A DNA stretch of 64,000 bases. Source: a bacterium. Lineage in GTDB: Bacteria; Zhuqueibacterota; Zhuqueibacteria; Residuimicrobiales; Krinioviventaceae. A program made the position numbers and the translations under genes. The DNA is taken from the NCBI GenBank assembly GCA_963675755.2, contig CAXXMD010000002.1, positions 2,336,001 through 2,400,000 on the forward strand. The letters are read 5' to 3'. This document shows, one piece after another, positions 20,700-30,858 of the stretch. The notes under the pieces were generated by a model, which searched no databases, was not told the DNA's origin, and saw nothing but the letters and a program-made list of their open reading frames with translations. The stretch's first letter is position 1; every line of letters starts with the position of its first letter.

Positions 20700-20748
20700 T
20701 TGATATACTGTAAAATGGGGTATCTAACATTTTAGACAGGAGGGGATC

Positions 20749-21303
20749 TTGGATTATATTGGATGGATTATATTTATTATCGTCTTTGGTGAATTGGCAC
20801 TTTATTTTATCAAATTTTTCCCATTTATCCACTGGAACAAAAACAAACATTTAAAATTTCTATATTTTTATGGTATTCCACTAAAAAGACATCTTTTTAA
20901 CAGTAAATACCAAAAAGATGAAATCATTCAATATATCAACAATTATATAAAACCGTTAAAAAAACTGGACGAGTCTGTTTTTGTAACCAGAAGAAAATAT
21001 TTAAAAATCTTGCAATGGTATACACCTGTTTTTATTGAAGCCAGGTTAACCATTTCTCAGGACATAGAGCTTGGTACTGTAATTGATACGGAATTTAAAA
21101 TGATATATTTTCCATGGATAGCAATATTGGCAAGTATTCTTATGAGTTTCGGGTTACCTGCTATAGAAATAGCATCAAATATTTTTGCCAGTCTATTTAC
21201 AATACTCTTTTTTTATTTATTTGCTTTGCTGGAAAGGTACGTATTGATCAAAAAGCTTGAAAAAATTAAAAATATGGATACAACATATTATCTTTTCGCC
21301 TAA
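20749..21303 (+). CDS. Hypothetical AT-rich membrane protein
   Basis: TTG start after GGAGGGG; one N-terminal and two C-terminal hydrophobic helices. Confidence 0.55.
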   Translation: MDYIGWIIFIIVFGELALYFIKFFPFIHWNKNKHLKFLYFYGIPLKRHLFNSKYQKDEIIQYINNYIKPLKKLDESVFVTRRKYLKILQWYTPVFIEARLTISQDIELGTVIDTEFKMIYFPWIAILASILMSFGLPAIEIASNIFASLFTILFFYLFALLERYVLIKKLEKIKNMDTTYYLFA

Positions 21304-21315
21304 TTAGAACAATAT

Positions 21316-21340
21316 GGCGGACACTCAAGTCCGCCCCAAC
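21316..21340. repeat. REP-like palindrome copy 2
   Basis: GGCGGAC-ACTCAA-GTCCGCC-CCAAC. Confidence 0.7.
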
Positions 21341-21350
21341 ATTTACCATC

Positions 21351-24300
21351 TTACTTGCAAACAAACTCGTATTGTCCCGAGCCCACCTCGTGCGTTGATC
21401 CATCCGGCATGAGAATATCTGCCGTACTGTTTGGCGGAATTGAAACGTTCAGCACAAACTTTCCGTCATCAATCTTCCACTCACTTTTGATCTCTCCATA
21501 CAAAGAACGGGTTGATGCTTTAACAAAAGTCAAATCGCTAACCGGTTTGGGTTGAATGAAAATATGTTTGAATCCCGGATTTTCCACATCCGGATTTATG
21601 CCCGCCAGTTCACGGTAAAACCAGGTTACAATATCCCCAAACATCACATGATTGAGCGATCCCTCCGTATCAGTCCAATCCTCCCATATGGATGTGGCGC
21701 CTTTGGCGATCCAGTCACCAAAGCCCGGAAAGTCCGGTTGTGTGGCAACTGTATAAGCCAGTTCATGCTGTCCATTGAGCGTCAGTGCTCTGAACAAAGC
21801 CTTTGCGCCCAAAATCCCCACATCCACGTGGTCATTGCCGGCATGCACCGCATTTACAAGCTGGGCAATGGTGGCATCTCGTTCAACTTCCGGCACCAAT
21901 TCGTTAAACAAGGATATCGCCTGTGAGGTTTGGCTGCGCAGATCATAGATGCCGTCACCTTTATAAAATTCATCATTATAAGCCTTTTTAACTTTTTCTG
22001 CCAGTCTACTATACTTATCCGCATCACTGGTCTTACCCAGTACGCTGGCCATTTCCTCAAGCACCTTGATATCATTATAATAAATAGCCGTAGAGGTTAC
22101 ACGGCCCGGAGTTTTGGTTTTAAAATAACACCAGTCGCCCCGCCCCATTTCCACAATATGATCAGGAAACCGCTGATTGAGAAAATTCACATATCCACTG
22201 GCAAGTTCATAATGGTTATCCAGTATCTTTGCGTCACCGGAATACAAGTACATATTCCAGGGGACCATCACAGCCGCAGAGCCCCAACCGGGACCGTTAC
22301 TGTCACTGTATCCCCAGCCCGGAGTCGGCGCTATACCCGGCAGATCGCCTGTGGGTGTGCGGGCATCCAGTAAATCATAGGCCCATTTGTTGTATGCCGG
22401 GATATTGTTATAATTCAACATTCCCAATTCAGATGCCAGTTGCGCGTCTCCGGTCCAGCCGTTTTTCTCGCGTTGGGGACAATCTGTAGGGTACCCCACA
22501 TAATTACTCTGATAAGAACGCTCGGTGAGTTTATAGATTGTATTGAGCAGATCGTTCGAGCATTCAAAATGACCAATCGTTTCAAAATCCGTATTGGCAA
22601 CTCGTCCCTGTATCATATCTATTGTCAGTTTATCCAGCCCCGTCACCTCGACATAGCGAAAGCCATGATAGGTAAAGCGCGGCTCCCAAACCTGGGTAAA
22701 GCCGTCTTTGGCGATATAGGTATCGGTTTGAAAGGGCCCCTGAAACACATACCTGGCATTACGGCGCTGATTAATCATTCCACGTTCATCCAGACGCTCA
22801 CTATAACGCACTTTAATGGTATCTCCCTTTGCTGCATCAACCAGCAACCGTACCCATCCTGCCATATTGGTTCCCATATCCACCACAAACACACCGGTTT
22901 TCGGTTCTGTTACGGACACCGGCACAAGGGTCTCTACCACCCTTACCGGCGGCATGGTCTGTGAATCCAGGATACCTTTGGGAGCAGGTACAATTTCCGG
23001 GGTATGCCATGCCGAATCATCAAATCCCGGTTGGTCCCAGCCGGGCTGTTCCTGGCGGGCATCATACATTTCGCCATTACGAATGCCATCATGTATTACA
23101 GGACCGGTAGATGCCTTCCATGAGAGATCACTGACAATCGTCTTTTGTGTTCCATCATTGAATGTGATTTGCATCTGCGCCATCATTTTGGGTTTGTCAC
23201 GCCAGGTCGCCCCGTCAAAATCCCAGGTTGCGCGGGTATGCATATCGAACCAGCCGCTGCCCAGCATTACACCCATGGCATTCTTACCTGGTTCAAGATA
23301 ATCTTTCAACTCGTAACAGGTATAAAGTACTCGCTTGTTATAATTTGTAAAAGCAGGGTCCAGACGGTGGTCACCTACTTTTTTTCCATTGCAATAAAGT
23401 TCATAATATCCCAGTCCGGATATCGCAATTTTTGCAGAGACAATCTCTTTGTCGAGACTAAATTCTTTGCGAAATACGGGCGAAGGTTCGGTTTGACGCC
23501 AGCCCGGGGTACGTCTCCATTTATACGAGGCAGGCGCAACCTCGTCTGCCGCTTCATATTCACCATTACGTTCAACAGCTGCCAGCCACTGTTCGGTTGT
23601 CTCAATGGTTTCCACATCCCCGTTTTTCTTTACGAATTTTACCACACCAATCAAGCCGGCAGGATCAGGAACATCATATTTCCAGCCTTGAATGAGGATC
23701 TCGTTCTCACCATTTTTCAAATACGGTTTGATATTATATTGCGGAGCAGGTGCTTCCGGGCGATAAGAAACAATCCCGGATACCTGTTGATCATTCACAA
23801 AAAGCTGAAACGCATCATTCGCGCACAAAAGGATTTCGGCTTGCTGCAGCGCTGAAAGATTTGATACAGATACACGGGTCTTGAAAAATCGACTACAATT
23901 TTTGAGATCTTTGTCTTTATCTTCCGGGTGCCAGATCCATTTGGCATTTTCATACCAGTCCGGAGCAAAAATATTCTTTTCAGATTCGGCTACAAATCCC
24001 AGCCATTTTGCCTGCCATTGAGAGGCATCCAAAATGCCCATTGCCCAGTACGCGGAATCACTCCAGGGTTGTTCTGTACCGTTCTCGTCCCATAGTTTTA
24101 CTTTCCAGTAACAATCCTGAAAACTGTTTAATGCTTTGCCAGCATAAGAAATGAGCACAGGACGGTCACCGGTTACCTTGCCGGAATCCCACAGGTCACC
24201 GGTATCGTTGTCCAATACAGATTTTGAGGAAGCGACCAGAATCCGGTATGCGCTTTCACGCTGGCCTTGGGTACCATCAATCTGCTGCATACGCCAACCC

Positions 24301-24461
24301 AGTCGAGGTGCAGAACGATCAATGCCTTCAGGATTCACCATAAACTCGCAGCGCAGGTCCACAGCTTTTGCCAATGGCTGGGAATAAATCAAAACAGTAA
24401 TCACAAATAATAAAACAAATACAACTGAAATGAATTTTTGAAAACCGGTATAATCAGTCAT
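21351..24461 (-). CDS. GH78 alpha-L-rhamnosidase
   Basis: DLWDSGKV, GLGYYELY, FTYHGFRYVEV, PTDCPQREKNGWTGDA, GATSIWEDW, SLNHVMFG. Confidence 0.93.
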   Translation of the reverse strand: MTDYTGFQKFISVVFVLLFVITVLIYSQPLAKAVDLRCEFMVNPEGIDRSAPRLGWRMQQIDGTQGQRESAYRILVASSKSVLDNDTGDLWDSGKVTGDRPVLISYAGKALNSFQDCYWKVKLWDENGTEQPWSDSAYWAMGILDASQWQAKWLGFVAESEKNIFAPDWYENAKWIWHPEDKDKDLKNCSRFFKTRVSVSNLSALQQAEILLCANDAFQLFVNDQQVSGIVSYRPEAPAPQYNIKPYLKNGENEILIQGWKYDVPDPAGLIGVVKFVKKNGDVETIETTEQWLAAVERNGEYEAADEVAPASYKWRRTPGWRQTEPSPVFRKEFSLDKEIVSAKIAISGLGYYELYCNGKKVGDHRLDPAFTNYNKRVLYTCYELKDYLEPGKNAMGVMLGSGWFDMHTRATWDFDGATWRDKPKMMAQMQITFNDGTQKTIVSDLSWKASTGPVIHDGIRNGEMYDARQEQPGWDQPGFDDSAWHTPEIVPAPKGILDSQTMPPVRVVETLVPVSVTEPKTGVFVVDMGTNMAGWVRLLVDAAKGDTIKVRYSERLDERGMINQRRNARYVFQGPFQTDTYIAKDGFTQVWEPRFTYHGFRYVEVTGLDKLTIDMIQGRVANTDFETIGHFECSNDLLNTIYKLTERSYQSNYVGYPTDCPQREKNGWTGDAQLASELGMLNYNNIPAYNKWAYDLLDARTPTGDLPGIAPTPGWGYSDSNGPGWGSAAVMVPWNMYLYSGDAKILDNHYELASGYVNFLNQRFPDHIVEMGRGDWCYFKTKTPGRVTSTAIYYNDIKVLEEMASVLGKTSDADKYSRLAEKVKKAYNDEFYKGDGIYDLRSQTSQAISLFNELVPEVERDATIAQLVNAVHAGNDHVDVGILGAKALFRALTLNGQHELAYTVATQPDFPGFGDWIAKGATSIWEDWTDTEGSLNHVMFGDIVTWFYRELAGINPDVENPGFKHIFIQPKPVSDLTFVKASTRSLYGEIKSEWKIDDGKFVLNVSIPPNSTADILMPDGSTHEVGSGQYEFVCK

Positions 24462-24486
24462 AAACTTTTCCCTTTAAATATGAATC

Positions 24487-24512
24487 GGGTGGACATATAG
24501 GTCCACCCCAAC
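24487..24512. repeat. REP-like palindrome copy 3
   Basis: GGGTGGAC-ATATAG-GTCCACCC-CAAC, with a compensatory C-G to T-A change versus copy 2. Confidence 0.65.
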
Positions 24513-24585
24513 AATGGTTAAATTTACCTCTTACGCTTGTCCGCCCGCTGGCGAAGTTTCATCTTATGTCTGACATTTGACGTCT

Positions 24586-26064
24586 TTATATTTTCGTTTC
24601 AAATCTCTCTGTATGCACAAGGTTTCCATCCACATCATGATGTTCAAATATCAGCTTAATCAATCCTTTTTCACGATACACTTTACCCAGCAGATATCCG
24701 CCCTTGACGCGCAGGAAACGATGCTCTGGCATCAGGTCCTCTTGCTTCCAACCGCCTGCATGTATATCCGAACCGGCGCCTGTGCTGAATTCCCATAAAT
24801 TGGTATTGTCCCAGTGTGTCACATACTGCCAGTGCCGGTCACCATTGCAGATAAATACATTTTTTTGCGAATTGATAAAGTCGCGTATCTCATCACCCTC
24901 GTACTCGAACCCCTTGTTTGCATAATTGTCGTTCTTGTTCTCCCGGTCAGGCCCCAGAATGGGAGTAGCCGAGATCAAAAGTTTGTACGTTGCATCAGAC
25001 GCACGCATAGTTTTGAACAACCATTGTTTCTGCTCCTCACCCCAAATGGTCTTTTCAGGTCCATCAGGCATCTGGTTACTGCTTCTAAAATGCCGACCTT
25101 CCATAATCCAGATTTGCAGGTCTTTGCCCCAGCGAATGGTTTTATACAGGCTGTCATTGGTAGGGAATTGTTCTTTTTCAAAGATCTCCAGTCCCCGTTC
25201 AAAGGTCACGGTACCATAGGTTTGTCCCGCCCAGCAATCATTTTTCAAAGCATCATGATCATCTTTGATAAAATAGGTGGTAATTTGTCTGTAAAAATCT
25301 CTTTGATATGGCAGTGCAAACAACCGGTCCCATTTGAATCGCATCAAAGGTTCGGTCATGGCCCAGGGATCGGGTTTATCATAATATTCAATATCTCCGG
25401 TATGGACATAAAAATCAGGACGGTTCCTGAGCATTGCCGGATAGATCTTGTGGCCATTTTTCGGATCATCACGACGAATATAATCATGACAGGTCACAAT
25501 TGTGAATGTAATATCCTGTATGGTTTCAGTTGCAGGTGGTGTTTTAAAGGTACCGCGAATGGTGTCCGAAATTGCAGACGAAGCATTCTTGCGGGCATAT
25601 AGTGTTATATCATACAAAGTATTTGCATTCAGATCGTCAAGCTGCCACTGGTGGGTGTAATTCTTGCTGGTATCCACCGCAACCCAATCACTCTCTACAA
25701 TCTCACTGCTTCCGTAGGGCTTATAAACCATCTTGACTTGTCCAGGTGCTCCGGGGCATGCGCCTTCCATATCATCCAATGTCAGTCCTTTGGGGATCTG
25801 GGCATTGTGCATGGTATCCTGGCCTGCCATACGGCTCAGCAGTCTCTGCTGGTCTCTGGTCAGTGAAATAAAAGGCTCACCATTATAATTCATATCAGGA
25901 TTTTTTGTCAAACGTGTCCAGATCACGATTGAATGCTGGTCCGCCCAGCCATTATGGAATCCATTCCCAAAATACGGGCCGGTATCAACATTACTTTTTG
26001 TACATGAAATCCCGGCAATAACCAACAGAACGCCAGCAAGCCAAATCCAGCGCAGACCTTTCAT
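24586..26064 (-). CDS. Alkaline phosphatase D (PhoD) family lipoprotein
   Basis: Lipobox GISC; HTGDIEYYD, DDHD, GEEQKQWL, GDRHWQY. Confidence 0.85.
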   Translation of the reverse strand: MKGLRWIWLAGVLLVIAGISCTKSNVDTGPYFGNGFHNGWADQHSIVIWTRLTKNPDMNYNGEPFISLTRDQQRLLSRMAGQDTMHNAQIPKGLTLDDMEGACPGAPGQVKMVYKPYGSSEIVESDWVAVDTSKNYTHQWQLDDLNANTLYDITLYARKNASSAISDTIRGTFKTPPATETIQDITFTIVTCHDYIRRDDPKNGHKIYPAMLRNRPDFYVHTGDIEYYDKPDPWAMTEPLMRFKWDRLFALPYQRDFYRQITTYFIKDDHDALKNDCWAGQTYGTVTFERGLEIFEKEQFPTNDSLYKTIRWGKDLQIWIMEGRHFRSSNQMPDGPEKTIWGEEQKQWLFKTMRASDATYKLLISATPILGPDRENKNDNYANKGFEYEGDEIRDFINSQKNVFICNGDRHWQYVTHWDNTNLWEFSTGAGSDIHAGGWKQEDLMPEHRFLRVKGGYLLGKVYREKGLIKLIFEHHDVDGNLVHTERFETKI

Positions 26065-26218
26065 ACAACCTCCTGATATATAAAAATTTTGCTATTCAAT
26101 CCATATATTACCAAAGTAGAAAAATATATCATAAAATCAATATAATTATCATTATTGGACAATTCCTTACAATCCAAATAGATTTTATGGCAATTATTCA
26201 ATCTATGGCAGTCTTTGC

Positions 26219-26247
26219 TTGACATTTTCAACCAGATCAATTATTTT
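26219..26247 (+). promoter_or_regulatory. sigma70-type promoter
   Basis: TTGACA-17-TATTTT upstream of ATG 26322. Confidence 0.55.
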
Positions 26248-26321
26248 AATTGGCTGTAAAATCCATTAAAAAAAATTCTTTCATTTGTCACATTTCATTC
26301 TCATCAGACCCGGGAGTTACT

Positions 26322-27764
26322 ATGAAGCGTTCAAGAGTTATAAAGTCCATGCTCTTCCTGGCATTGGCGGTTCAAATCACACTGTTCAATGGATGCACTT
26401 TAAATCAGCAAAAAGCTGTCAAAGCCAATCCAATGAAGCAGTACGCTGCAGATACCAAATCAGAATACTCTTATGAATTTTACAAAACCATAGAGGGAGA
26501 TGGTTATACCACTCACATTCTACGCATGGTATCGGGACAGTGGTTGTCTACCAAAGAAGTAAAAGATCCTGAATGGTGGCACTGGGTAAAAATCGTAGTA
26601 CCGGATTCTCTGGCAAGTGATATCAGCCTGCTGTTTATCAGCGGTGGTGACCGGGATCCTGAAGAGCCGGGTGACGCGGACAAGATCATTCGCGCGGCAG
26701 CAATCAATACCGGTGCGTTGGCAATTTACCTGCACAATGTTCCAAACCAAAAAACCAACTTTGTGGGCGACGATTATGGTCCACGCGTTGAAGATGAGCT
26801 CATAGCTTATGGCTGGCGGAAATTTCTTGAAGCTGGTGGCGGAGATGAAAGTCTTGAATGGCTGGCACGCTTACCCATGTCACGCGCCGCGGTACGCACA
26901 ATGGATACGGTAACCGAATACGCGCAAAAAGAATTAAATCACAAAACCGATAAATTTGTTGTAGCCGGTGCTTCAAAACGCGGATGGACTACCTGGGCAA
27001 CAGCCATTGCCGATGATCGCGTTGTAGCCATTGCACCGATTGTAATCGATGTGCTCAATGTTGTACCATCGTTCATGCATCACTGGCGCGCATATGGCGC
27101 CTGGTCTCCTGCTGTGGATGATTATGTACATGAACACATTATGGAATGGATGGGCTCTGTAGAATATCAAAAACTCTTGGATGCGGTTGATCCCTATTCT
27201 TATCGTGAACAACTTGATTTGCCCAAAATGATGATTAACGCATCTCAGGATGAATTCTTTTTACCGGATTCATGGCAGTTTTACTGGGATGATCTGGAAG
27301 GCGAAAAAAATATCCGTTACGTACCCAATACCGGTCACTCGCTCAAAGATACTGATGCAGCCAATACACTGGTCTCATTCTTTCACGACATTGTAACCAA
27401 TACACCCCGTCCGGTAATGGATTGGAAAGTCGTAGATGGTAAGATCCATGCGCAAACCGGCCCCAACTCTACACCTACTGCCGTTAAATTGTGGCAGGTG
27501 TATAATCCCGATGGCCGCGATTTCCGTAATCAGATGACCAACGTAAAATGGACTTCCACTGACATTCCAATTGCTCCCGATGGAAAATATGTTGCGAGTG
27601 TTGATATACCTGAAAAAGGCTGGAAAGGTTTTATGATAGAGTTTGAATTTGAGGGTGAAAAAGTGCCTATAAAACTGACCTCAGGCATTGTAGTCGTTCC
27701 GGATACATACCCCTTTTCAGATTATAAACCCGAAAAAACATTCGGCACCCCGTTGACAAAATAA
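26322..27764 (+). CDS. PqaA (PhoPQ-activated pathogenicity-related) family alpha/beta hydrolase
   Basis: WWHW, VPNQ, EDELIAY, GASKRGWTTW, DEFFLPD, PNTGH; start at ATG 26322 after GGGAG. Confidence 0.85.
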   Translation: MKRSRVIKSMLFLALAVQITLFNGCTLNQQKAVKANPMKQYAADTKSEYSYEFYKTIEGDGYTTHILRMVSGQWLSTKEVKDPEWWHWVKIVVPDSLASDISLLFISGGDRDPEEPGDADKIIRAAAINTGALAIYLHNVPNQKTNFVGDDYGPRVEDELIAYGWRKFLEAGGGDESLEWLARLPMSRAAVRTMDTVTEYAQKELNHKTDKFVVAGASKRGWTTWATAIADDRVVAIAPIVIDVLNVVPSFMHHWRAYGAWSPAVDDYVHEHIMEWMGSVEYQKLLDAVDPYSYREQLDLPKMMINASQDEFFLPDSWQFYWDDLEGEKNIRYVPNTGHSLKDTDAANTLVSFFHDIVTNTPRPVMDWKVVDGKIHAQTGPNSTPTAVKLWQVYNPDGRDFRNQMTNVKWTSTDIPIAPDGKYVASVDIPEKGWKGFMIEFEFEGEKVPIKLTSGIVVVPDTYPFSDYKPEKTFGTPLTK

Positions 27765-27775
27765 GAGTCTATACC

Positions 27776-27798
27776 CCCGGTTCCCTTTGGGAACCGGG
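27776..27798. terminator. GC-rich hairpin between convergent genes
   Basis: CCCGGTTCCC-TTT-GGGAACCGGG; no clear U-tract. Confidence 0.55.
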
Positions 27799-27808
27799 AG
27801 ATTATATC

Positions 27809-28297
27809 TTATAATACTTTTCTATTCAAATAATCGGTATAGTCTTTTAACATGGGCTTGTATGATTCGTGTATCAATTGTGAGGAAATCACAAAATCCG
27901 CAGTTGCCCGGTTACACGCAATGGGGATATTATAAACCACAGCAATTCTGAGCAAAGCCTTCACATCCACGTCATGGGGCTGTGGTTCCATAGGGTCCCA
28001 AAAGAATATCAAAACATCAATATTACCCTCTACAATCAAAGCACCCAGTTGTTGATCTCCACCCAACGGACCTGATTTTAATTTTATTATGGATTTTAAT
28101 GTCTCATTTTTTTCTTTCTGACCCAGTTTTTCTTTTTCAATTTTCTCTGTAATTACTTTTTCAATCATTTTGCCGGTTGTACCTGTGCAAATCAAATTGT
28201 GATCAAGCAATAATTGATAATTCCATTCAACCCATTCTACCAGATCTTTTTTGCGATTATCGTGAGCAACCAGTGCAATATTTTTTAATTTTTTCAT
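27809..28297 (-). CDS. mgsA: Methylglyoxal synthase
   Basis: IALVAHD, TGTTG, SGPLGGDQQ, FFWDP, PHDVDVKALLR, NRATAD. Confidence 0.95.
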   Translation of the reverse strand: MKKLKNIALVAHDNRKKDLVEWVEWNYQLLLDHNLICTGTTGKMIEKVITEKIEKEKLGQKEKNETLKSIIKLKSGPLGGDQQLGALIVEGNIDVLIFFWDPMEPQPHDVDVKALLRIAVVYNIPIACNRATADFVISSQLIHESYKPMLKDYTDYLNRKVL

Positions 28298-28454
28298 ATT
28301 ATCCCTCTTGTTTCCTACATTCTTAATGATGATATTTCATTCATCTATTTATTGTTATAAATAGACTACAAAGACAGGAAACCGATCCGGTTTATTCCCA
28401 ATTTCAATGACACCCGTATTAACTATACGTTAATTTTATGGGTATTTTTTAAGC

Positions 28455-29885
28455 CTATGATGGCCTGTATTCCGGATTCATTTCAGTCGGCACAGGTGCT
28501 TTTATTCCTTTTCTCCAGTTTAACAACAACTGGTGCAGTTCTCTAACTTTATCAGGTTTCTTGTTAACAAGATTAATTTTCTCACCAATATCCGTTTTCA
28601 AATTGTACAATTCAAAGCCGCCATCTTCAAAATACTCGTGCAATTTCCAGTCACCCAATCGCACAACCGAGCCGGGACGGGTCCTGAATTTGGGATCACG
28701 GGTTTCGCATGGCTCACCCGGTTTAACATAAGCCTGCAAATAGATGGGAAAGTGCCAGAATAACGGTCGTTTTTCAATATTTACCTTTTTCAGTAAAAGC
28801 GGCATCAGACTCACACCATCCAAAATCTTGTTTTCCGGAACAGGTACACTTGCAGCCTCTAGAAAAGTTGGCATAAAATCGATTCCACTAACCGGCTCAT
28901 CGCAGCGAGTTCCGGGCTTGATTTTCTCCGGCCATTTGACAATCAGGGGTTCACGAATTCCCCCTTCATAATACGAGCCCTTACCTGCACGCAACGGCCA
29001 TTGCTTACTGGTTGCCCAAACGCCGCCATTGTCAGAGGTGAACAAAACCAGGGTATCTTTATCCAGTCCTTCATCTTTTAACGCTTTCATCACGCGTCCA
29101 ACACCTTCATCCATGCTCTTGATCATGGCGGCATACACAGCATGATGCTGCGCTTCGGTACCTTTTTTCGAATCAAAATAGGCCGCATACTCTGCCTTTG
29201 CCTGTAAAGGACTGTGAACCGTATAAAAAGCAAGATATAGAAAAAAGGGCACATCTTTGCTGTTTTGAATAAACCCAACAGCCTCTTTTGACAAGCGATC
29301 GGTAAGGTACTCACCCTCTTGCTCCTGCACGCAATTGGGATACTCGTATGGACTGTGATATCCCCGTTGGCCCGGAGAACCCCAGGGACCGCCAGCAATA
29401 TTGACATCAAATCCGTTTTGCAATGGATCATCACTAATGTGCCATTTGCCAACTGCACAGGTGCGGTATCCGTTTGATTTCAATATCTGTGCGATGGTCA
29501 AATTATTCTGTCGGATATGTAATGTGTTCTTGACCGGTATCAACATACGATCTTTGGATTCACCTCGCTCGGAAGACCCAACCGTATAAACATGATGCCT
29601 GGGTGTGTATTGCCCTGTCATACAGCTTGCCCGACTGGGAGCACAATTTGCCGCGGGAGCATAAGCCTGCGTAAACACCATACCTTCTGAGGCAAGCCGG
29701 TCTACATTCGGCGTTTCGTAATAGGTACTGCCCTGAAATCCCAGATCAGCCCAACCCAGGTCATCGATATTGATGTAAATTATATTGGGACGTTTAGTAC
29801 TGCCGCACCTTAAACCGGTGACAGCGCCGGCAAGCGCCAAAGTACCAATGGATTTCATAAAAGAACGTCGGTCCTGTTTTCCCAT
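28455..29885 (-). CDS. Cys-type (formylglycine) sulfatase with Tat signal
   Basis: RRSFMK Tat motif, DDLG, CAPSR, GKWH, SDNGG, KGSYYEGGIR. Confidence 0.93.
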   Translation of the reverse strand: MGKQDRRSFMKSIGTLALAGAVTGLRCGSTKRPNIIYINIDDLGWADLGFQGSTYYETPNVDRLASEGMVFTQAYAPAANCAPSRASCMTGQYTPRHHVYTVGSSERGESKDRMLIPVKNTLHIRQNNLTIAQILKSNGYRTCAVGKWHISDDPLQNGFDVNIAGGPWGSPGQRGYHSPYEYPNCVQEQEGEYLTDRLSKEAVGFIQNSKDVPFFLYLAFYTVHSPLQAKAEYAAYFDSKKGTEAQHHAVYAAMIKSMDEGVGRVMKALKDEGLDKDTLVLFTSDNGGVWATSKQWPLRAGKGSYYEGGIREPLIVKWPEKIKPGTRCDEPVSGIDFMPTFLEAASVPVPENKILDGVSLMPLLLKKVNIEKRPLFWHFPIYLQAYVKPGEPCETRDPKFRTRPGSVVRLGDWKLHEYFEDGGFELYNLKTDIGEKINLVNKKPDKVRELHQLLLNWRKGIKAPVPTEMNPEYRPS

Positions 29886-29917
29886 ATACCTTCCTTTTCT
29901 ATTTTAGCTGATAATTG

Positions 29918-29946
29918 ATTATATAAAATCTAATGTTCATTGTCAA
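29918..29946 (-). promoter_or_regulatory. Consensus sigma70 promoter for the sulfatase
   Basis: Minus strand TTGACA-17-TATAAT, perfect consensus. Confidence 0.75.
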
Positions 29947-29967
29947 CAAAGAGTATTAGAATTTATC

Positions 29968-29996
29968 TTGACATTATCCCTTTCATTCAATATCAT
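29968..29996 (+). promoter_or_regulatory. Divergent sigma70 promoter for the deacetylase
   Basis: TTGACA-17-TATCAT. Confidence 0.65.
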
Positions 29997-30026
29997 AATT
30001 TATCAGGGTAAATCAGGAGAATTCGA

Positions 30027-30848
30027 ATGAAAAATATCTACGTATTAACAATTCTACTCATCTTTACAGGATTCAATATGCTCATGGCCCAATATGAATC
30101 AAAAGGTAAACAAGCAGAGTCATCATACCCCTGGCCGGATGGGAAACGCTGTGCAGTGAGCTTTACATTTGATGATGCGCGCTTGAGTCAGGTAGACAAG
30201 GGTGTTGCGTTGCTTGACAAATTCAATGTAAAAGCAACCTTTTACATCTCACCGGGGAATTGTATGAAACGCATCGACATGTGGAAACAAACAGCCGCCA
30301 ACGGGCACGAGATTGGCAATCATACAGCAAGTCATCCCTGCTCCGGCAACCTGAGATTTTCCCGCAACAATGCGCTTGAAAATTATACTCCTGATATGAT
30401 TCATACAGAATTAACAGACGCAAACGACTTTATTAAAGAACAATTTGGCGTTACTCCAAAAAGCTTTGCATACCCGTGCGGACAAAAATTTACGGGAGTT
30501 GGCTCAGAATGCCAAAGCTATATCCCCATGATTTCTGAAATGTTTACCAGTGGCAGAGGCTGGCGAGATGCACATACAAACAATCCCTACATCTGTGATC
30601 TTGCACAATTGCTCGCAATGGAAAGCGATGGCAAATCCTTTGAGGAATTGAAAACCCTGATCGACACTGCCATAGAAGAAGGTACCTGGCTGATTTTTGC
30701 AGGTCATGAAATGGATACCGGTGGCAGACAAACCACGCAACTCAACAGTCTTGAACAGCTGTTCCAATATCTGGATGATATATCGGATAAAGTTTGGGTA
30801 GATACAGTTGGTAATATTGCGGATTATATTCAGATTCAAAGAAAATAA
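30027..30848 (+). CDS. Polysaccharide deacetylase (CE4/NodB-like), secreted
   Basis: SFTFDD, HEIGNHTASHP, FAYPCG; signal peptide. Confidence 0.85.
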   Translation: MKNIYVLTILLIFTGFNMLMAQYESKGKQAESSYPWPDGKRCAVSFTFDDARLSQVDKGVALLDKFNVKATFYISPGNCMKRIDMWKQTAANGHEIGNHTASHPCSGNLRFSRNNALENYTPDMIHTELTDANDFIKEQFGVTPKSFAYPCGQKFTGVGSECQSYIPMISEMFTSGRGWRDAHTNNPYICDLAQLLAMESDGKSFEELKTLIDTAIEEGTWLIFAGHEMDTGGRQTTQLNSLEQLFQYLDDISDKVWVDTVGNIADYIQIQRK

Positions 30849-30858
30849 TGATGTAAAA

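Noticed and set aside
20722-20738. ATCTAAC...TTTAGAC resembling collapsed integron attC ends after the antitoxin
   Set aside because: Only a few bases apart, no GTTRRRY, no inner boxes, no integrase or further attC sites
20328-24512. Palindromic repeats as a CRISPR array
   Set aside because: Spacing of 1-3 kb with genes between; no cas genes
23145-25602. Long + strand ORFs (236 aa, 262 aa)
   Set aside because: Antisense shadows of GH78 and PhoD, no recognisable motifs
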